In this document: one piece after another, positions 1 through 11,068 of the stretch | Position numbering within the stretch: position 1 is the stretch's first letter | Layout: every line of letters starts with the position of its first letter | Virus record (IMG/VR): IMGVR_UViG_3300017963_000011 | Coordinates: 32,001 to 96,000 of that record | Length of the DNA stretch: 64,000 nucleotides | Source of the DNA: a virus | Reading direction: 5' to 3' (one strand) | Program-made: the position numbers and the translations under genes | Notes under the pieces: model-generated | The model's input: the letters and a program-made list of their open reading frames with translations, nothing else | What the model was told of the DNA's origin: nothing | The model's database searches: none

Positions 1-20
1 AACTGGCGCTTGGTTGGAGA

Positions 21-2132
21 TTGGCGACAGCGGCTGGTAAGGCCATGAGTAAACAGGGGTTCATTCTTTCAATGATCATGGGCAATGCCGAAGATCGCGC
101 ATTGGCCATGGCCGATGCGGTTGGTGATGAAAAAGGTCTGACACTTCAAATCACAAATTTCTTAGCTTCTCTTGCTGGATTGAAGGTACGTATAAACGAG
201 TCGTTCGATACTGGACAGATTGAACGATTGCGTAAAGAAGCTAAAGAGATGATTGAGCAGATGAATGCCAGCGGCGCTGGCATCAAAAATAACATGGACA
301 AGGCGAACATAGCCATGGTCAAGTTGACCAAAACGGCCGGTACATTGCTCATAGATCTCAAGAAGGCGTCTTCCGAAGGGTTTGGTTCCTTTATTAAAAA
401 GGTAAACGAGATTCGACAGAAGTTCGGCCCTGCCCTCGCAGGCATGTTCAGAGAAGCGGGCGAAGCGTTTGCTCGTGGAGAAAACATTAGCAAGATGATG
501 CAGGCCATTAGAGACAAGATGGCTCAGGAAGAGAGTGTCCTCGGGATCTTCTTCGGACAAGGGCCGGGCGAGAGGAATAAGATCATACGCGATGCTGTAA
601 GGCTTGGCGATGATGTTGTTGAACGTGTTGGTAAGACTTTGATCAATCGACCGAGTGTTCTTGTTGGTGCGCTCATCGGAAGTAAAAGGATCACGCCAGC
701 GCAGAGAAATCAAGTTGAACAGCTTGTCGGTCGCGTTCTTGATCCGTTCCTCCGGGCCGTGAAAGAAAGTGAAGAAGAGTATCTTGCGTCTCCAGCCGAG
801 GCCATTCAAGACGCACTGCCTCAACTCAAGGACGCTTTGCAGACTGTCATTCCAGAAGTCGATACACTGCTCAAGAGTTTCACCAAGATGGATACAGCAT
901 CGCAACAAGTCTTCGAGACATGGAGAAAGTTCAATAGCCAGATTGCGCTCGAACTCATCGATCATCTCGATGCACAGCGCAAGGCTTTGAAGCCAGATGA
1001 ATGGCTCAGGTACGCGCGCAATTTGAAACTTGCTGGTGGCGAAGTAGTGAAGGCCGAGGCAGCAATCAAGAAGCTCTCGGATGTGATGCGCGACAGGTAC
1101 ACTAAGGAACTCAGCAATGCTGTGAGTGAACTGAAGAAGCAGCCTGTTGAACTTCGCAACGTGACTAAGACGATTAACGAGAAAGCGGCGGCAGTGCTCA
1201 AGGCTGAACAAGCCTGGAAGTCTCTGGATCAGGGGTTGCGCACAGAGGTCTTGGCAACGTTCCGCGAGTTGACGGCTAAGATGACAGCCACTGAAATCAA
1301 GCTCTATTCGCAAGAGTTGGTTCAGGCAGCACAGGCCGAGAAGGAATGGGCCAAGGCTATGTCAAGCCGGCAGGCTGAGATTGACAAGGCCGCTGGTCAG
1401 TTCAAAACCACGTTCAAAAATCTCTACGGTCCTCTTTATGCGCAGCTTATTACAGATAAGCAACTCATGGATATGAAGGAGCACCAGGCGTGGATAGAGG
1501 ATCTTACAGAAAAGGAAAGGCTCTGGAACGAGTACGTAACCGAGAGTAAAGCTCTATACAGTGACTGGCTCTACAGTATGAGCGCAGAGATGCGCCTTGC
1601 TACGAATGCCATGTTCGGGGGACTCAAGAGAGCTATCTCGGCTGTAGCTAGAGCATTCGTGGATAGTTCATTCGATCTCAAGAAGAGTCTACGTCAAATC
1701 GCCAAGGACGTTCTCGCGATGCTTTTGGAGATCATTATCCAGGCCACGATTGTCAAAGCCTTGTTCAAAGGGATATTCGGGGCATCGCGCGGAGCCGACA
1801 TCTTCTTCGGTGTCTTTGGATTCCAGCGAGGGACAGCCCTGCGAGGGGCAGCAGGAAGCACTGACACGGTGCCAGCGCTTCTCACGCCAGGAGAGATCGT
1901 ACTCGATAAGAACGCGTCTGATGCGTTCCGTGAGATGATAGGTGGCGGTGGCCGCCCGGTTGGCAATACCAACATCTTCGAGATCCATGCGATGGACGGT
2001 GCCAGTGTCAAACGCGTGGTCAACAAGGAAGTCGTGCCGCTTCTCAATCGCCAGCTAAGAACGAACACCGGCATAGCGCCAGATGTGCGCATGCGATCTG
2101 CGAAGACATTGTATAAGAAGGGAATTCGCTAA
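21..2132 (+). CDS. Tail tape measure protein, C-terminal part (probably truncated by window start)
   Basis: Long Ala/Lys/Glu-rich helical ORF ending in GSTDTVPALLTPGEIVL, typical of TMP C-termini; followed by tail genes. Confidence 0.8.
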   Translation: MATAAGKAMSKQGFILSMIMGNAEDRALAMADAVGDEKGLTLQITNFLASLAGLKVRINESFDTGQIERLRKEAKEMIEQMNASGAGIKNNMDKANIAMVKLTKTAGTLLIDLKKASSEGFGSFIKKVNEIRQKFGPALAGMFREAGEAFARGENISKMMQAIRDKMAQEESVLGIFFGQGPGERNKIIRDAVRLGDDVVERVGKTLINRPSVLVGALIGSKRITPAQRNQVEQLVGRVLDPFLRAVKESEEEYLASPAEAIQDALPQLKDALQTVIPEVDTLLKSFTKMDTASQQVFETWRKFNSQIALELIDHLDAQRKALKPDEWLRYARNLKLAGGEVVKAEAAIKKLSDVMRDRYTKELSNAVSELKKQPVELRNVTKTINEKAAAVLKAEQAWKSLDQGLRTEVLATFRELTAKMTATEIKLYSQELVQAAQAEKEWAKAMSSRQAEIDKAAGQFKTTFKNLYGPLYAQLITDKQLMDMKEHQAWIEDLTEKERLWNEYVTESKALYSDWLYSMSAEMRLATNAMFGGLKRAISAVARAFVDSSFDLKKSLRQIAKDVLAMLLEIIIQATIVKALFKGIFGASRGADIFFGVFGFQRGTALRGAAGSTDTVPALLTPGEIVLDKNASDAFREMIGGGGRPVGNTNIFEIHAMDGASVKRVVNKEVVPLLNRQLRTNTGIAPDVRMRSAKTLYKKGIR

Positions 2133-2932
2133 TGGGCATCGGCTACATCATCGATACTCCAGGCATAGCCCAGGGCGAAAATTACATAGGGCTTGCTACA
2201 TTCACTGGTACGAATTTTTCAGCAGCCAACGCACTCAAGCTCTACAATCAGAGACAGTCTTCAATCGGGCAAGCGTCTGCCAAGACTGGCATCGTATTGA
2301 GCTATGACCTCGCTGCTGCTCGCGATGTGCAGATGTTTGCCATGCTGGGGCATGGGTTTTCCTCTGGGGCTACTCTCACACTTCAGGGAGACGATGATCC
2401 AGCCTTCGGTTCTCCCGGCGTGAACCTTTCTCTCACCTGGAATGAACACCAGATCGTAGTGTATTGGAGTGCAGCACAGACGTACAGATACTGGCGCTTG
2501 CTCGCATCTGACTCTGGGAATGCAAACCTTCCGTGGATTGGCGAACTCATCCTCGGCGAACCTGTCTTTTTCACGCACCCTTGTGCCTGGGATCTTGGAG
2601 AAACTTTCCTCTTTAATAATGCAGTCCATGACAGCGATTATGGAGTCTCGTGGCGCTTCAAGAAAACTGAGCAACGCGCCTATACAAACCTGAACTTCTC
2701 GCAGCGGCCGGATGCAGAGGTCGCAGAGCTTACCGACCTGATCAAAGTGACAGACGGATCTCTCATTCCGCTCATCATGTTTCTTGATGAGACCGAGCCG
2801 AACGAATCAATTTACGGACACTTGCAGGATGAGTTTACGCGGCAGTTTCACTTTCTTGAATGGAACAACTTCATGGGTCTTCAGCTTGTCGAACAACCGA
2901 GAGCCAACATGATCAAGGTGGCGAGCTTCTAA
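2132..2932 (+). CDS. Putative distal tail / tail tip protein
   Basis: Translationally coupled to the TMP; YRYWRL...IGELILG beta-sandwich-like motif. Confidence 0.55.
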   Translation: MGIGYIIDTPGIAQGENYIGLATFTGTNFSAANALKLYNQRQSSIGQASAKTGIVLSYDLAAARDVQMFAMLGHGFSSGATLTLQGDDDPAFGSPGVNLSLTWNEHQIVVYWSAAQTYRYWRLLASDSGNANLPWIGELILGEPVFFTHPCAWDLGETFLFNNAVHDSDYGVSWRFKKTEQRAYTNLNFSQRPDAEVAELTDLIKVTDGSLIPLIMFLDETEPNESIYGHLQDEFTRQFHFLEWNNFMGLQLVEQPRANMIKVASF

Positions 2933-5796
2933 TGGCCACTAAGCTACTCGACGGTTTCAGATACGCAGACCAGTACAGCGCCATAAATGGCGATACGTCT
3001 GGTCTCGTCATCGTTACCACGCCAACCGTCGATGGCAATGGATCATTGAGCTTCCAGCGTAGCGCTACCACGGAAGACTCGGCAGGCGTGAAGAAAGCCT
3101 TCACGCCATACCTGGATGTCTCTAAGTACGCCAATCTCAAAGTCTACGCCTACATTGAAGCGGCTGACTTGGCAGATATTGAGTATTTCGATATCATCGC
3201 TAACAGCGGTGGCCTGGAGCCTTACAAAGCCTATGAGGCTCAATATGAGGCGGCTGTTCTGCCGACTTCATTTCCGACGTATCCGTTCACGCGGGTGGCC
3301 AACGGGACATACACGGAGAACATCAACAGTGGCGTTCTCGAACTGACTACGGGCTCTGGCCTCTTCTCCGATCAGGTCTACTACACCAGGGACATGTCGG
3401 TCGACTGGCTTACACCATCGAGCGACAAGTGGCTCTATGTCAAGCATCGTTGCAAGATGCCTGTTGGAGCGCCTACGACTAGCGGTGCATCGTTTGCCAT
3501 GATCGAGGCAAACTATCGTGGCAAGCTCGTTGATCTTGAGCTTGGCGACGGCTTGATCCGTTGGAACTCTGGTGCCGGCAGTTATGGAGTCGACACGACA
3601 ACCGACTTCATCGACATAGAGATTTTCATCCATGAAACAACAGGCGATTTCATTCTCCTTGTGGATGGTGCAGTGGCCACCACTGGAACCGCAATCACTT
3701 CCGCCACAAGCTGGCTCCGGTTCGGAATTCAGTATCACAATCCTGGGTTCGCAGGGATGGCTGAGTGGGAGCATGTTCGTTGGGCAAGGCTAGACGACGC
3801 CGCTTCTTTCGCTGTCTATAGAATACCGAAGGCTGACTTTGTAGATGTCAACGGGGACGCGTTTGTTGGTGATGCCTGGGCGATGCTCGGGTTTTCTCCT
3901 CGTCTCCCGACGTTCCAGATAGGTACACCGGATCTCGAAGAGGTTGCTGAGTACGGCTACCGCATGATCTTTCCGGCACACACAGCCACTCCTACGATCA
4001 AGCTGGACTCTTTGGAAGCTGAGACTCCAATCCTCTATTATGAGGAACCCGTAGTCACTGGAACATGGGAAATTGACAACGAGATCATCGAGCCTTTCAC
4101 AGGAACCGTAATAGACAGCCTGAATGATCCTGGCGCGTGGACAGGTTCGGGCGGCGCTGGGACACTCGCGCTCGATGGCGCCTACACTCTGGTAGGCGGG
4201 AGCGCTTTGCTTGTTCCTAAGACGGCAGGATTTGACGCTGCGCTGATCAGTCGAGCGATCGATAGTCAGAACTTCGGCGATTACGATTTCGTTCAGCCGG
4301 AGTTCTACATTGAGGCGTCAGAAGTCAGTAAACTTCGTGGCATCTTCCTCTACTTGTGCAACGATGTCTCGAACTATGCCACGTACTACTTCGGAAACAA
4401 CATCTTCGATACGTTCGAGGCAATCACGCCATGGACACCGGACGTGAACGCTTCGGTGGCTCTGGACACCGTACATGTAATAGAAGGAAGCAAGTCGGTC
4501 AAGCTGACCAACGACTCTGCCGGCCCGGCTGTTTATACTGGCGCGTCGAGAACGTATGATCCGTTTGCGCTTTATGCGCCACTCTTCTATACGTTCTATC
4601 TTACGACGGCAGAGGCAGCGAATCTAACGAATTTCAAGATCACCTTTACCGATGGCGGTGGAACTACATATTGGGAGTTCAGTTCTTTCTCGGCGGGGTG
4701 GAACCGTTTTGAAATCAACTCTACCAATTTCACTGGCCAGACCGGGACTCCAACGCTCACAAACATCACGCAAGTTGACATTGAGATCAAGACTTCTACA
4801 ACTGGCATCTCGATATACCTCGATAACTCGCGTTTCAGCATTCCCTGGAACGATATCCAGGAAGGATGGAACAGAGGCTTCTTCAAAGTCAAAGATCCAG
4901 CGTACACACTTGGCACGGTTGACTATACGGCCATTGATCTAGTCTACCTCAAGTATGTGACTTTCCAGGAAGAGGCAATTTCAACATTCAGGTGGGACAG
5001 TCTCTCTCGCTTCAGCAATCTCGTGATTGACAATGCAGTCAAGGTCTTCCTTGACTATTCAGATTTCGTAGACAGCCCTAGCAGCCTCAAGTTTGATAAG
5101 CTGTTCGGGGAACTCTATGGTGGAGCGTTTCGCGATTATGCAGTGACGAGAGACTATAACGTATTCGACAAGCTCGCCGCACGCTTCAAGATTAGCCAGG
5201 ATGACGTTGACCGAGTTGACAAGTTCCAAGTAATCCTGGACGAGACGAACAAGTATGAGAAGTTCAGGGCGTTCACGCAATGGACCAAACGCTATGATGG
5301 ATCATACTTGCCAGCGTTTGTGTATGGCACCCTCATGGAGGACTTTGAGACAATAGGTGACTTCACTCCAGGTGCCGACACGGCTCTCTCAGCAAACACA
5401 ACGCAGTTCACAGAAGGCACACAATCTGTCAAGGCTGATTACTCGGGCGCTGGTGGTGAAGCTCTAACTGAGAAGAACTACACATCCGGTCTTGACTTCA
5501 CAGGACAGACCGCTGTTGATTTCTATATCCCAGCCGGGATGATAGGCAACATCAACTCGGTTAGCGTTCGTCTGTGGGAAGGCAGCGACTACAGCCAATA
5601 CGATTATCAGCTTTCGTTTATCGGAGGCTGGCAGACATTGAGTTTCAACCCGAACTTGCCAGATTACGAGAGCGCCTCTGGACTGACGCGTGAAAGCGTG
5701 ACAAAGGTTACTTGGCTTTACGATGCTACCACGGTTGTCACCGGATTTTCGTGGGATAATATGCGAATGTCCGATTGGGCATTGGTGTTTCCGTAG
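2932..5796 (+). CDS. Large tail protein with repeated carbohydrate-binding-like beta-sandwich modules
   Basis: ATG at 2932 overlaps the previous stop; internal repeats (EGSKSVK/EGTQSVK, GWNRF/GWNRG/GWQTL, IYLDN/FRWDS/FSWDN). Confidence 0.6.
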   Translation: MATKLLDGFRYADQYSAINGDTSGLVIVTTPTVDGNGSLSFQRSATTEDSAGVKKAFTPYLDVSKYANLKVYAYIEAADLADIEYFDIIANSGGLEPYKAYEAQYEAAVLPTSFPTYPFTRVANGTYTENINSGVLELTTGSGLFSDQVYYTRDMSVDWLTPSSDKWLYVKHRCKMPVGAPTTSGASFAMIEANYRGKLVDLELGDGLIRWNSGAGSYGVDTTTDFIDIEIFIHETTGDFILLVDGAVATTGTAITSATSWLRFGIQYHNPGFAGMAEWEHVRWARLDDAASFAVYRIPKADFVDVNGDAFVGDAWAMLGFSPRLPTFQIGTPDLEEVAEYGYRMIFPAHTATPTIKLDSLEAETPILYYEEPVVTGTWEIDNEIIEPFTGTVIDSLNDPGAWTGSGGAGTLALDGAYTLVGGSALLVPKTAGFDAALISRAIDSQNFGDYDFVQPEFYIEASEVSKLRGIFLYLCNDVSNYATYYFGNNIFDTFEAITPWTPDVNASVALDTVHVIEGSKSVKLTNDSAGPAVYTGASRTYDPFALYAPLFYTFYLTTAEAANLTNFKITFTDGGGTTYWEFSSFSAGWNRFEINSTNFTGQTGTPTLTNITQVDIEIKTSTTGISIYLDNSRFSIPWNDIQEGWNRGFFKVKDPAYTLGTVDYTAIDLVYLKYVTFQEEAISTFRWDSLSRFSNLVIDNAVKVFLDYSDFVDSPSSLKFDKLFGELYGGAFRDYAVTRDYNVFDKLAARFKISQDDVDRVDKFQVILDETNKYEKFRAFTQWTKRYDGSYLPAFVYGTLMEDFETIGDFTPGADTALSANTTQFTEGTQSVKADYSGAGGEALTEKNYTSGLDFTGQTAVDFYIPAGMIGNINSVSVRLWEGSDYSQYDYQLSFIGGWQTLSFNPNLPDYESASGLTRESVTKVTWLYDATTVVTGFSWDNMRMSDWALVFP

Positions 5797-5805
5797 GAGG
5801 TTGAG

Positions 5806-6054
5806 ATGGCATTCTGGTTTGTGACATACAACGGTCACAATGGAGAAATTCATTCCTGCGAAGCCAGGGATGGGGCTTTCGACGAAGAGACCCTCACGAG
5901 AGAGTTTGATACCAGCGGGCCGCCAAACTGGACGCCATCGTACATACCTCTTGAGATTGACGAGACGACGTACAACACGGTATCGGCCAATCCAGAGGGG
6001 TACAAGGTCGATTTCGGAGATACCGAAACTCTTCCATCGGTAGTCCCCGTATAG
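5806..6054 (+). CDS. Small hypothetical tail-module protein
   Basis: Strong SD (GGAGG) upstream; packed in the operon. Confidence 0.6.
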   Translation: MAFWFVTYNGHNGEIHSCEARDGAFDEETLTREFDTSGPPNWTPSYIPLEIDETTYNTVSANPEGYKVDFGDTETLPSVVPV

Positions 6055-6065
6055 GAGGTTAGAGA

Positions 6066-7589
6066 ATGGCAATTTGCTACTTGGATGGCGTTACGGGTGA
6101 CGATGCCAACGATGGTTCCAGTTTCGTTTTGGCCAAGAAGACTTACGCGGCTGCGTTGACAGTTGTTGCCGGCGCAGATCCGCAGATCATCGTTCTGGTG
6201 AGAGGCTACTTCAGAGAAGGTAACTTCGGCGCTCCCAACATTCAGAACGGAAAGTTCCAGCATAACATCTGTCTCGGTCAGGTCATCTTTGATGGCGAGG
6301 GAACGAAAACCAAGTTTTCCGATTACGCAACTCAGGATGGCGTGATTTGGACCGGAGCCATTTTCAAAGACTACACGACAGACTATTTCGTGTGGTCAAA
6401 CAACCTCGGCGGCGTCGGTCACATGTGGTTCGATTGTTCGTTCATCAATAACCTCGGAGGAAGCCCGGACGTTTACAGCTATCCGTGGACTCTCGCGAAG
6501 TTCTACAACTGCACGTTCATCGACATCAACTTCCAGTCCAACATAACGATCATGTCGTCGATCATGGATGCGAACTGCACGGGCGGAAACCCGATCGTCG
6601 CATACAACGCATCTGCCACGGCCAGTTGGCGAGGCACGGGTGGCTGGGACATCGCTACCTATCCGCCTCCATTCACGGATGCTGGCAATGGCGACTATTC
6701 GTTCGATTCCGGCCACGCCCAATTCACGCGATACAGGACATTGGGAATGGATGGTAGCCAGTGTGGCGCGTCCTTCCTTGGCGGGGTGTTCTACCATGAA
6801 CAAGGTCCGGGCATTGGCCTTGATGACCATGTGCTTGGCACATGGGCCAACGATCAGTCCTACTACGATGACTCTTTCGATCCCGTTACTGTCTCGTCAG
6901 GCGTGAACGACAAGATCGACTTCACAGATGACGACGGTACATTCGCTGCTACGGTGGCAGCGGCTTCCTATACGGATGGTGCCACGCTTGCGACGGCCAT
7001 CCAGACAGCGCTGAATGCTACGGCATCGACTCAGACATACACCTGTACGTTCTCGTCAAGTCTGATGCGCTATACGATCGCCAACACAACTGGCGCACTC
7101 CTGAGCCTTCTTTGGAATTCTGGCGCGAACAAGCTGATCACTATCGGCGGCGATATCGGCTTTGACACTACAGCCGATGACACCGGAGCCTTGAACTATC
7201 AATCGGACAACGCAGTCACGGTCGACTCCCTCAACGGGTACACAAGAGTTGTTGTTGTTGGCAGCACATTCGAGATGGACATGGGTCTTGAACCGGCTGC
7301 TACTTCTGCACGAGTGCTCGGCCCTGTAAGTGACTACGGAAGGGCCATCGTTCCGAAAGGTCTGTTCTGGGCGGCGGCCGAGAGCAGCACGGATGTGGTT
7401 GACAATTCGCAGGCCACGTCAACGAGAGAAATCGAAGTGCGTGGACACTCGGCCGTCTTCAATAACACAGACGCGGGAGGTACTACAGACATCGACTGGA
7501 CGATGGTTGCGCGTGGCACGAACATGAGCTTCCTCGCGAAGCAGTGGTGGAACATGAGAGCGGTTCTTAGAAACAACGGGACACCCTAA
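6066..7589 (+). CDS. Virion appendage protein with beta-helix-like N-terminus
   Basis: Starts YLDGVTGDDANDG...AKKT (beta-helix cap motif); CSFINN/NCTFID repeats; SD GGAGG. Confidence 0.55.
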   Translation: MAICYLDGVTGDDANDGSSFVLAKKTYAAALTVVAGADPQIIVLVRGYFREGNFGAPNIQNGKFQHNICLGQVIFDGEGTKTKFSDYATQDGVIWTGAIFKDYTTDYFVWSNNLGGVGHMWFDCSFINNLGGSPDVYSYPWTLAKFYNCTFIDINFQSNITIMSSIMDANCTGGNPIVAYNASATASWRGTGGWDIATYPPPFTDAGNGDYSFDSGHAQFTRYRTLGMDGSQCGASFLGGVFYHEQGPGIGLDDHVLGTWANDQSYYDDSFDPVTVSSGVNDKIDFTDDDGTFAATVAAASYTDGATLATAIQTALNATASTQTYTCTFSSSLMRYTIANTTGALLSLLWNSGANKLITIGGDIGFDTTADDTGALNYQSDNAVTVDSLNGYTRVVVVGSTFEMDMGLEPAATSARVLGPVSDYGRAIVPKGLFWAAAESSTDVVDNSQATSTREIEVRGHSAVFNNTDAGGTTDIDWTMVARGTNMSFLAKQWWNMRAVLRNNGTP

Positions 7590-10500
7590 TGGCTAATCCT
7601 GTTTTCAAAGGTCTAGGTTTCAATAACGGAGCCCCTACGTCGCCCCAGGTCATTTTCAGGGGGTTGGGCTTCAACAACTCTTATAAGATTCCTTTTCCTT
7701 TGAAATTCGATGGTCTTGGTTTCAACAACGCTTACAAGGTTCCGTTTCCTGTAGCCTACAGAGGCTCACATTTCGAGTCTGAGGAACTTCCACCGTTTGA
7801 GCCGAACCACTGGCGCATTCTCTACAACGATGTTCATCAAGTCGATCTTGACAATGCAGATCAGTCGTATTTCGAGCACAGTTCTTGGTCGAGCATGAGC
7901 ACGATCTGGTTCCAGCTTGAGATACTTGCTGAAGGCTTCACAACTCCGAGAGCGTTCTTTGAATTCGTGACAAAGCAAAGACGCTATACCTTCAAGGTTT
8001 CGGCTACACAACTGGTCATACCTGGACCTTCTGATACAACGATTACTCAGAATTTCTCTGCGGCAATTGTTCCTATAAAGGTAAGGGTTGATGGAGCAGA
8101 CGGTAGCCTTACCGTATGGGTTGATGAAGAAGAAGTTCACACGGGTTTCCGCCCCAACGTTCTCGATTTCGATGGCAATCGTCTGGCATACGGAAAACTC
8201 GACACAACCCCGGTGACAGGTGGCACGATCGCTTTCGATTACGTTCGAGAGTATTATGATCTCAACGATGTGTCTGCGCCGTGGGACAACACCTACGAAG
8301 CCAATTTTGACCCGGATGACATGCGAGCCGATCCAGCATGGAGTTACAAACTCTTCATTATTTACTACCTCTGGTGGAGTGCTCACGATCGACGGAAACC
8401 AAGCCGGTATCTATTACATGGAGATGGATACCAGTATCCGTGGTCATTGGGATGCTGACTCCGTTGGTGTCATAGAAATGGAGTCTCAACTTGCGGCCAA
8501 CGCCGGGCTCTACAAGTGGGGCATGGAGTTCCGCGTAGGCACCCAGCACGTACTCCTTTTCATGGGATATAACGGGACTACCGAAGTCATCCAGACCCGC
8601 AGTTCTCTCGGCGGTGCTGTAACAGAGTATGTTACTCCCGTCAGCGACAGCTACCACGTGTGGCGCTTCATCTGCGATTACTTGCACGACAAGTTCACGG
8701 TTGAGAAGGATGGCGATGAGCTATTCTCCATTCCATTCTACACGGATAGCAATAGTGGAGAAGTCATAAGGATCGGGTGCCCGGTCGGTGGTAGCGCTAC
8801 GCCGGGGAAGAATTGGAATATCAAGAACGTTCGATGGATGAAAGTTACCCCGATCTACAGCGTTTACGACTCGGCTATTTCCATTGAGCCAGGATGGAAC
8901 AAGATGTCGTTCGATCCTGACTATCCAGATTTGGAAGTCAACAATCCAACACGCACAGCGATCGGGCGCGTTGGCTGGCGTGTTTGTACGAACTCCGTTC
9001 TCGATGTGCTCGTTGATCCGGCAGTCGACCAGTTCGGCACCGACGAGACAGAGCATATTGCCAAGATCGACACATATCTCAACGACGGAACACTGGAATT
9101 CGAGCCTCGCGTAATTTCCTATGGAGATATCAGTAAGGCTCTCAGCGGTCGGGTTGGTAGTTACGAGCTTGCAGACTTTGAAGTCAAGATCGAAAACGTT
9201 ACCGGGTGGGGATCAAAGGTCTTCACGGATCACAACATCTCGTTGATCAATACACCATACGAGGTGAACTACGGACTCAAGGACGAGTTCTGGGAAGATT
9301 TCCACACCTTGTTCCGTGGTGTTGTTTCTGACATTCAGTTTGATGGCTTCACGATGGGTCTCAAGTTTACTGATCCAATGCCTCGTTACTTCAATCGCTT
9401 GCCGAACCAGTATGTTACATCTGATTCTTTCCCGAGCGTTGCAGATGATTTCGCTGGTTCCGTAGCAGCAATTATCGCGGGCACCGTAGAAACCGATACC
9501 GGCGCTCTCAAGGTGACGCCGGTTGATTGGGCTGTTGAAATCACCGATGGTTCTGGTAGTAAGCCGCAGAATGATAAGATCGATTTCAAGTACAAGCCAT
9601 TCGGCGGTAGCTTGACGACATACGCTGTTACTCTGACAAGCGGTGTCTACACAGATCCTGCGGCGCTCGCCGCCGAAGTCGAAACCAGAATGAACGCGGC
9701 GATGGGTTCTCCTCCTGGCGATCCTGGTTTTGATGTCACTTTTGATACAACAGAACGCAAGTTGCAGATCGAGGTCATCAAGGGTGGAGAGCTTACGCTG
9801 CAATGGTCAGAAGGTGCAAACGCCAGCATCAACGCTGCCGATGCTCTTGGTTTTGACAAAGATCAAGACAAGTCAGGTTCCAAGAAGGTCAAGTCAGACC
9901 GCAAGTATTGGAACAAGTTCGTTGTCGCAAGGCACTGGTGCAAAGAAGATTCCAATGCCAAGCTCTGGATCGAAGAAGATTATATTGGAGACAAGGATAG
10001 CCAGCAAGTCAATTTCACATTTGACCATGTAACGGCTGACAGTCTCAAGTGGACTCTGGTTCACACGCCATACAAGACGGTTGGCGATAGTGAGGCCAGG
10101 GTCAATATCTCTGGCGTGACTGATGATGAGTCCCCGAGCGGTACGCTCGTCACCGATCCTGTCGACTTCCTTGAGATCGTGCTTTCCAGGTTTGTCGAGT
10201 TGCCAGACAGTCTCTTAGACAATGACTCGTTTGTCACAGCCAAAGTCTTTACTGTTCGCAATAGCTATCAAGTCGCTGGCGCCGTGACACAAGACGTTGA
10301 GTGGACCACGTTCATCGAAGAGTATTGCTACAACTTCCGCATGGATGTGTGGCTAAAGAACAACGGCAAGATTGCTTGTGGGTTCTTTGAAACAACAGTC
10401 AATGATCCTGATGCTCGGCATATCACAGACATCGTTGACATCTTGGATGGGTCTTACAAGTATAGCACTGAGTTCACAAGCATCATCAATAAGATAAGGT

Positions 10501-11057
10501 ACGAATTCAAGAGGGATTACGTCACAGACACGTACCTTCTTTCGAGTTTTGAAGATGATCAGTCATCGATACAGAGGACGAAGCAGGTTTATGAATGGCC
10601 AGAGGGCACGCTGCAACTTAACTGGATACGTGACATTGTTACAGCACAGCGTGTCGTAGCTGCTACGATCAATCTCTTTTCCGAGGCCAATCCAATCGTC
10701 ACGATGGAGATCCCTTTTACAGGGCAGTTCGAGCCTGTGGATCTAACGGACAAGTTGAACATTACGACTGCACAGGGTCCGTTCTATGATGCAGCTACTA
10801 ATATTCGTGGATATACTAATCGTTTACATCGAGTTATCGAGGTAGCGGTTGATATTAACGATTACAAGATGGACATCAAGCTCCAGGACATGTTTAGGCT
10901 TTCGTATAACTGTTTCTTTCTCGGAGATGACACCTGGGATACGGACGAGCTTGACTGGCTCACTGCCAGCGAGGAGAATCAGCAGACTTACGGATACCTC
11001 TGTGATGAAACAAGTGGCCAATTCTCAAATGGCGATCCTGGAAAGAGACTTTGTTAA
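7589..11057 (+). CDS. Tail hub/baseplate-like protein interrupted by an apparent +1 frameshift near 8343 (ORFs 7589-8458 and 8220-11057)
   Basis: The two ORFs overlap by 239 nt; the sequence looks protein-like in frame 1 up to ...ADPAW and in frame 2 from VTNSSLF; LFRGVVSDI resembles tail hub motifs. Confidence 0.55.
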
Positions 11058-11068
11058 GGAGATAGCCG

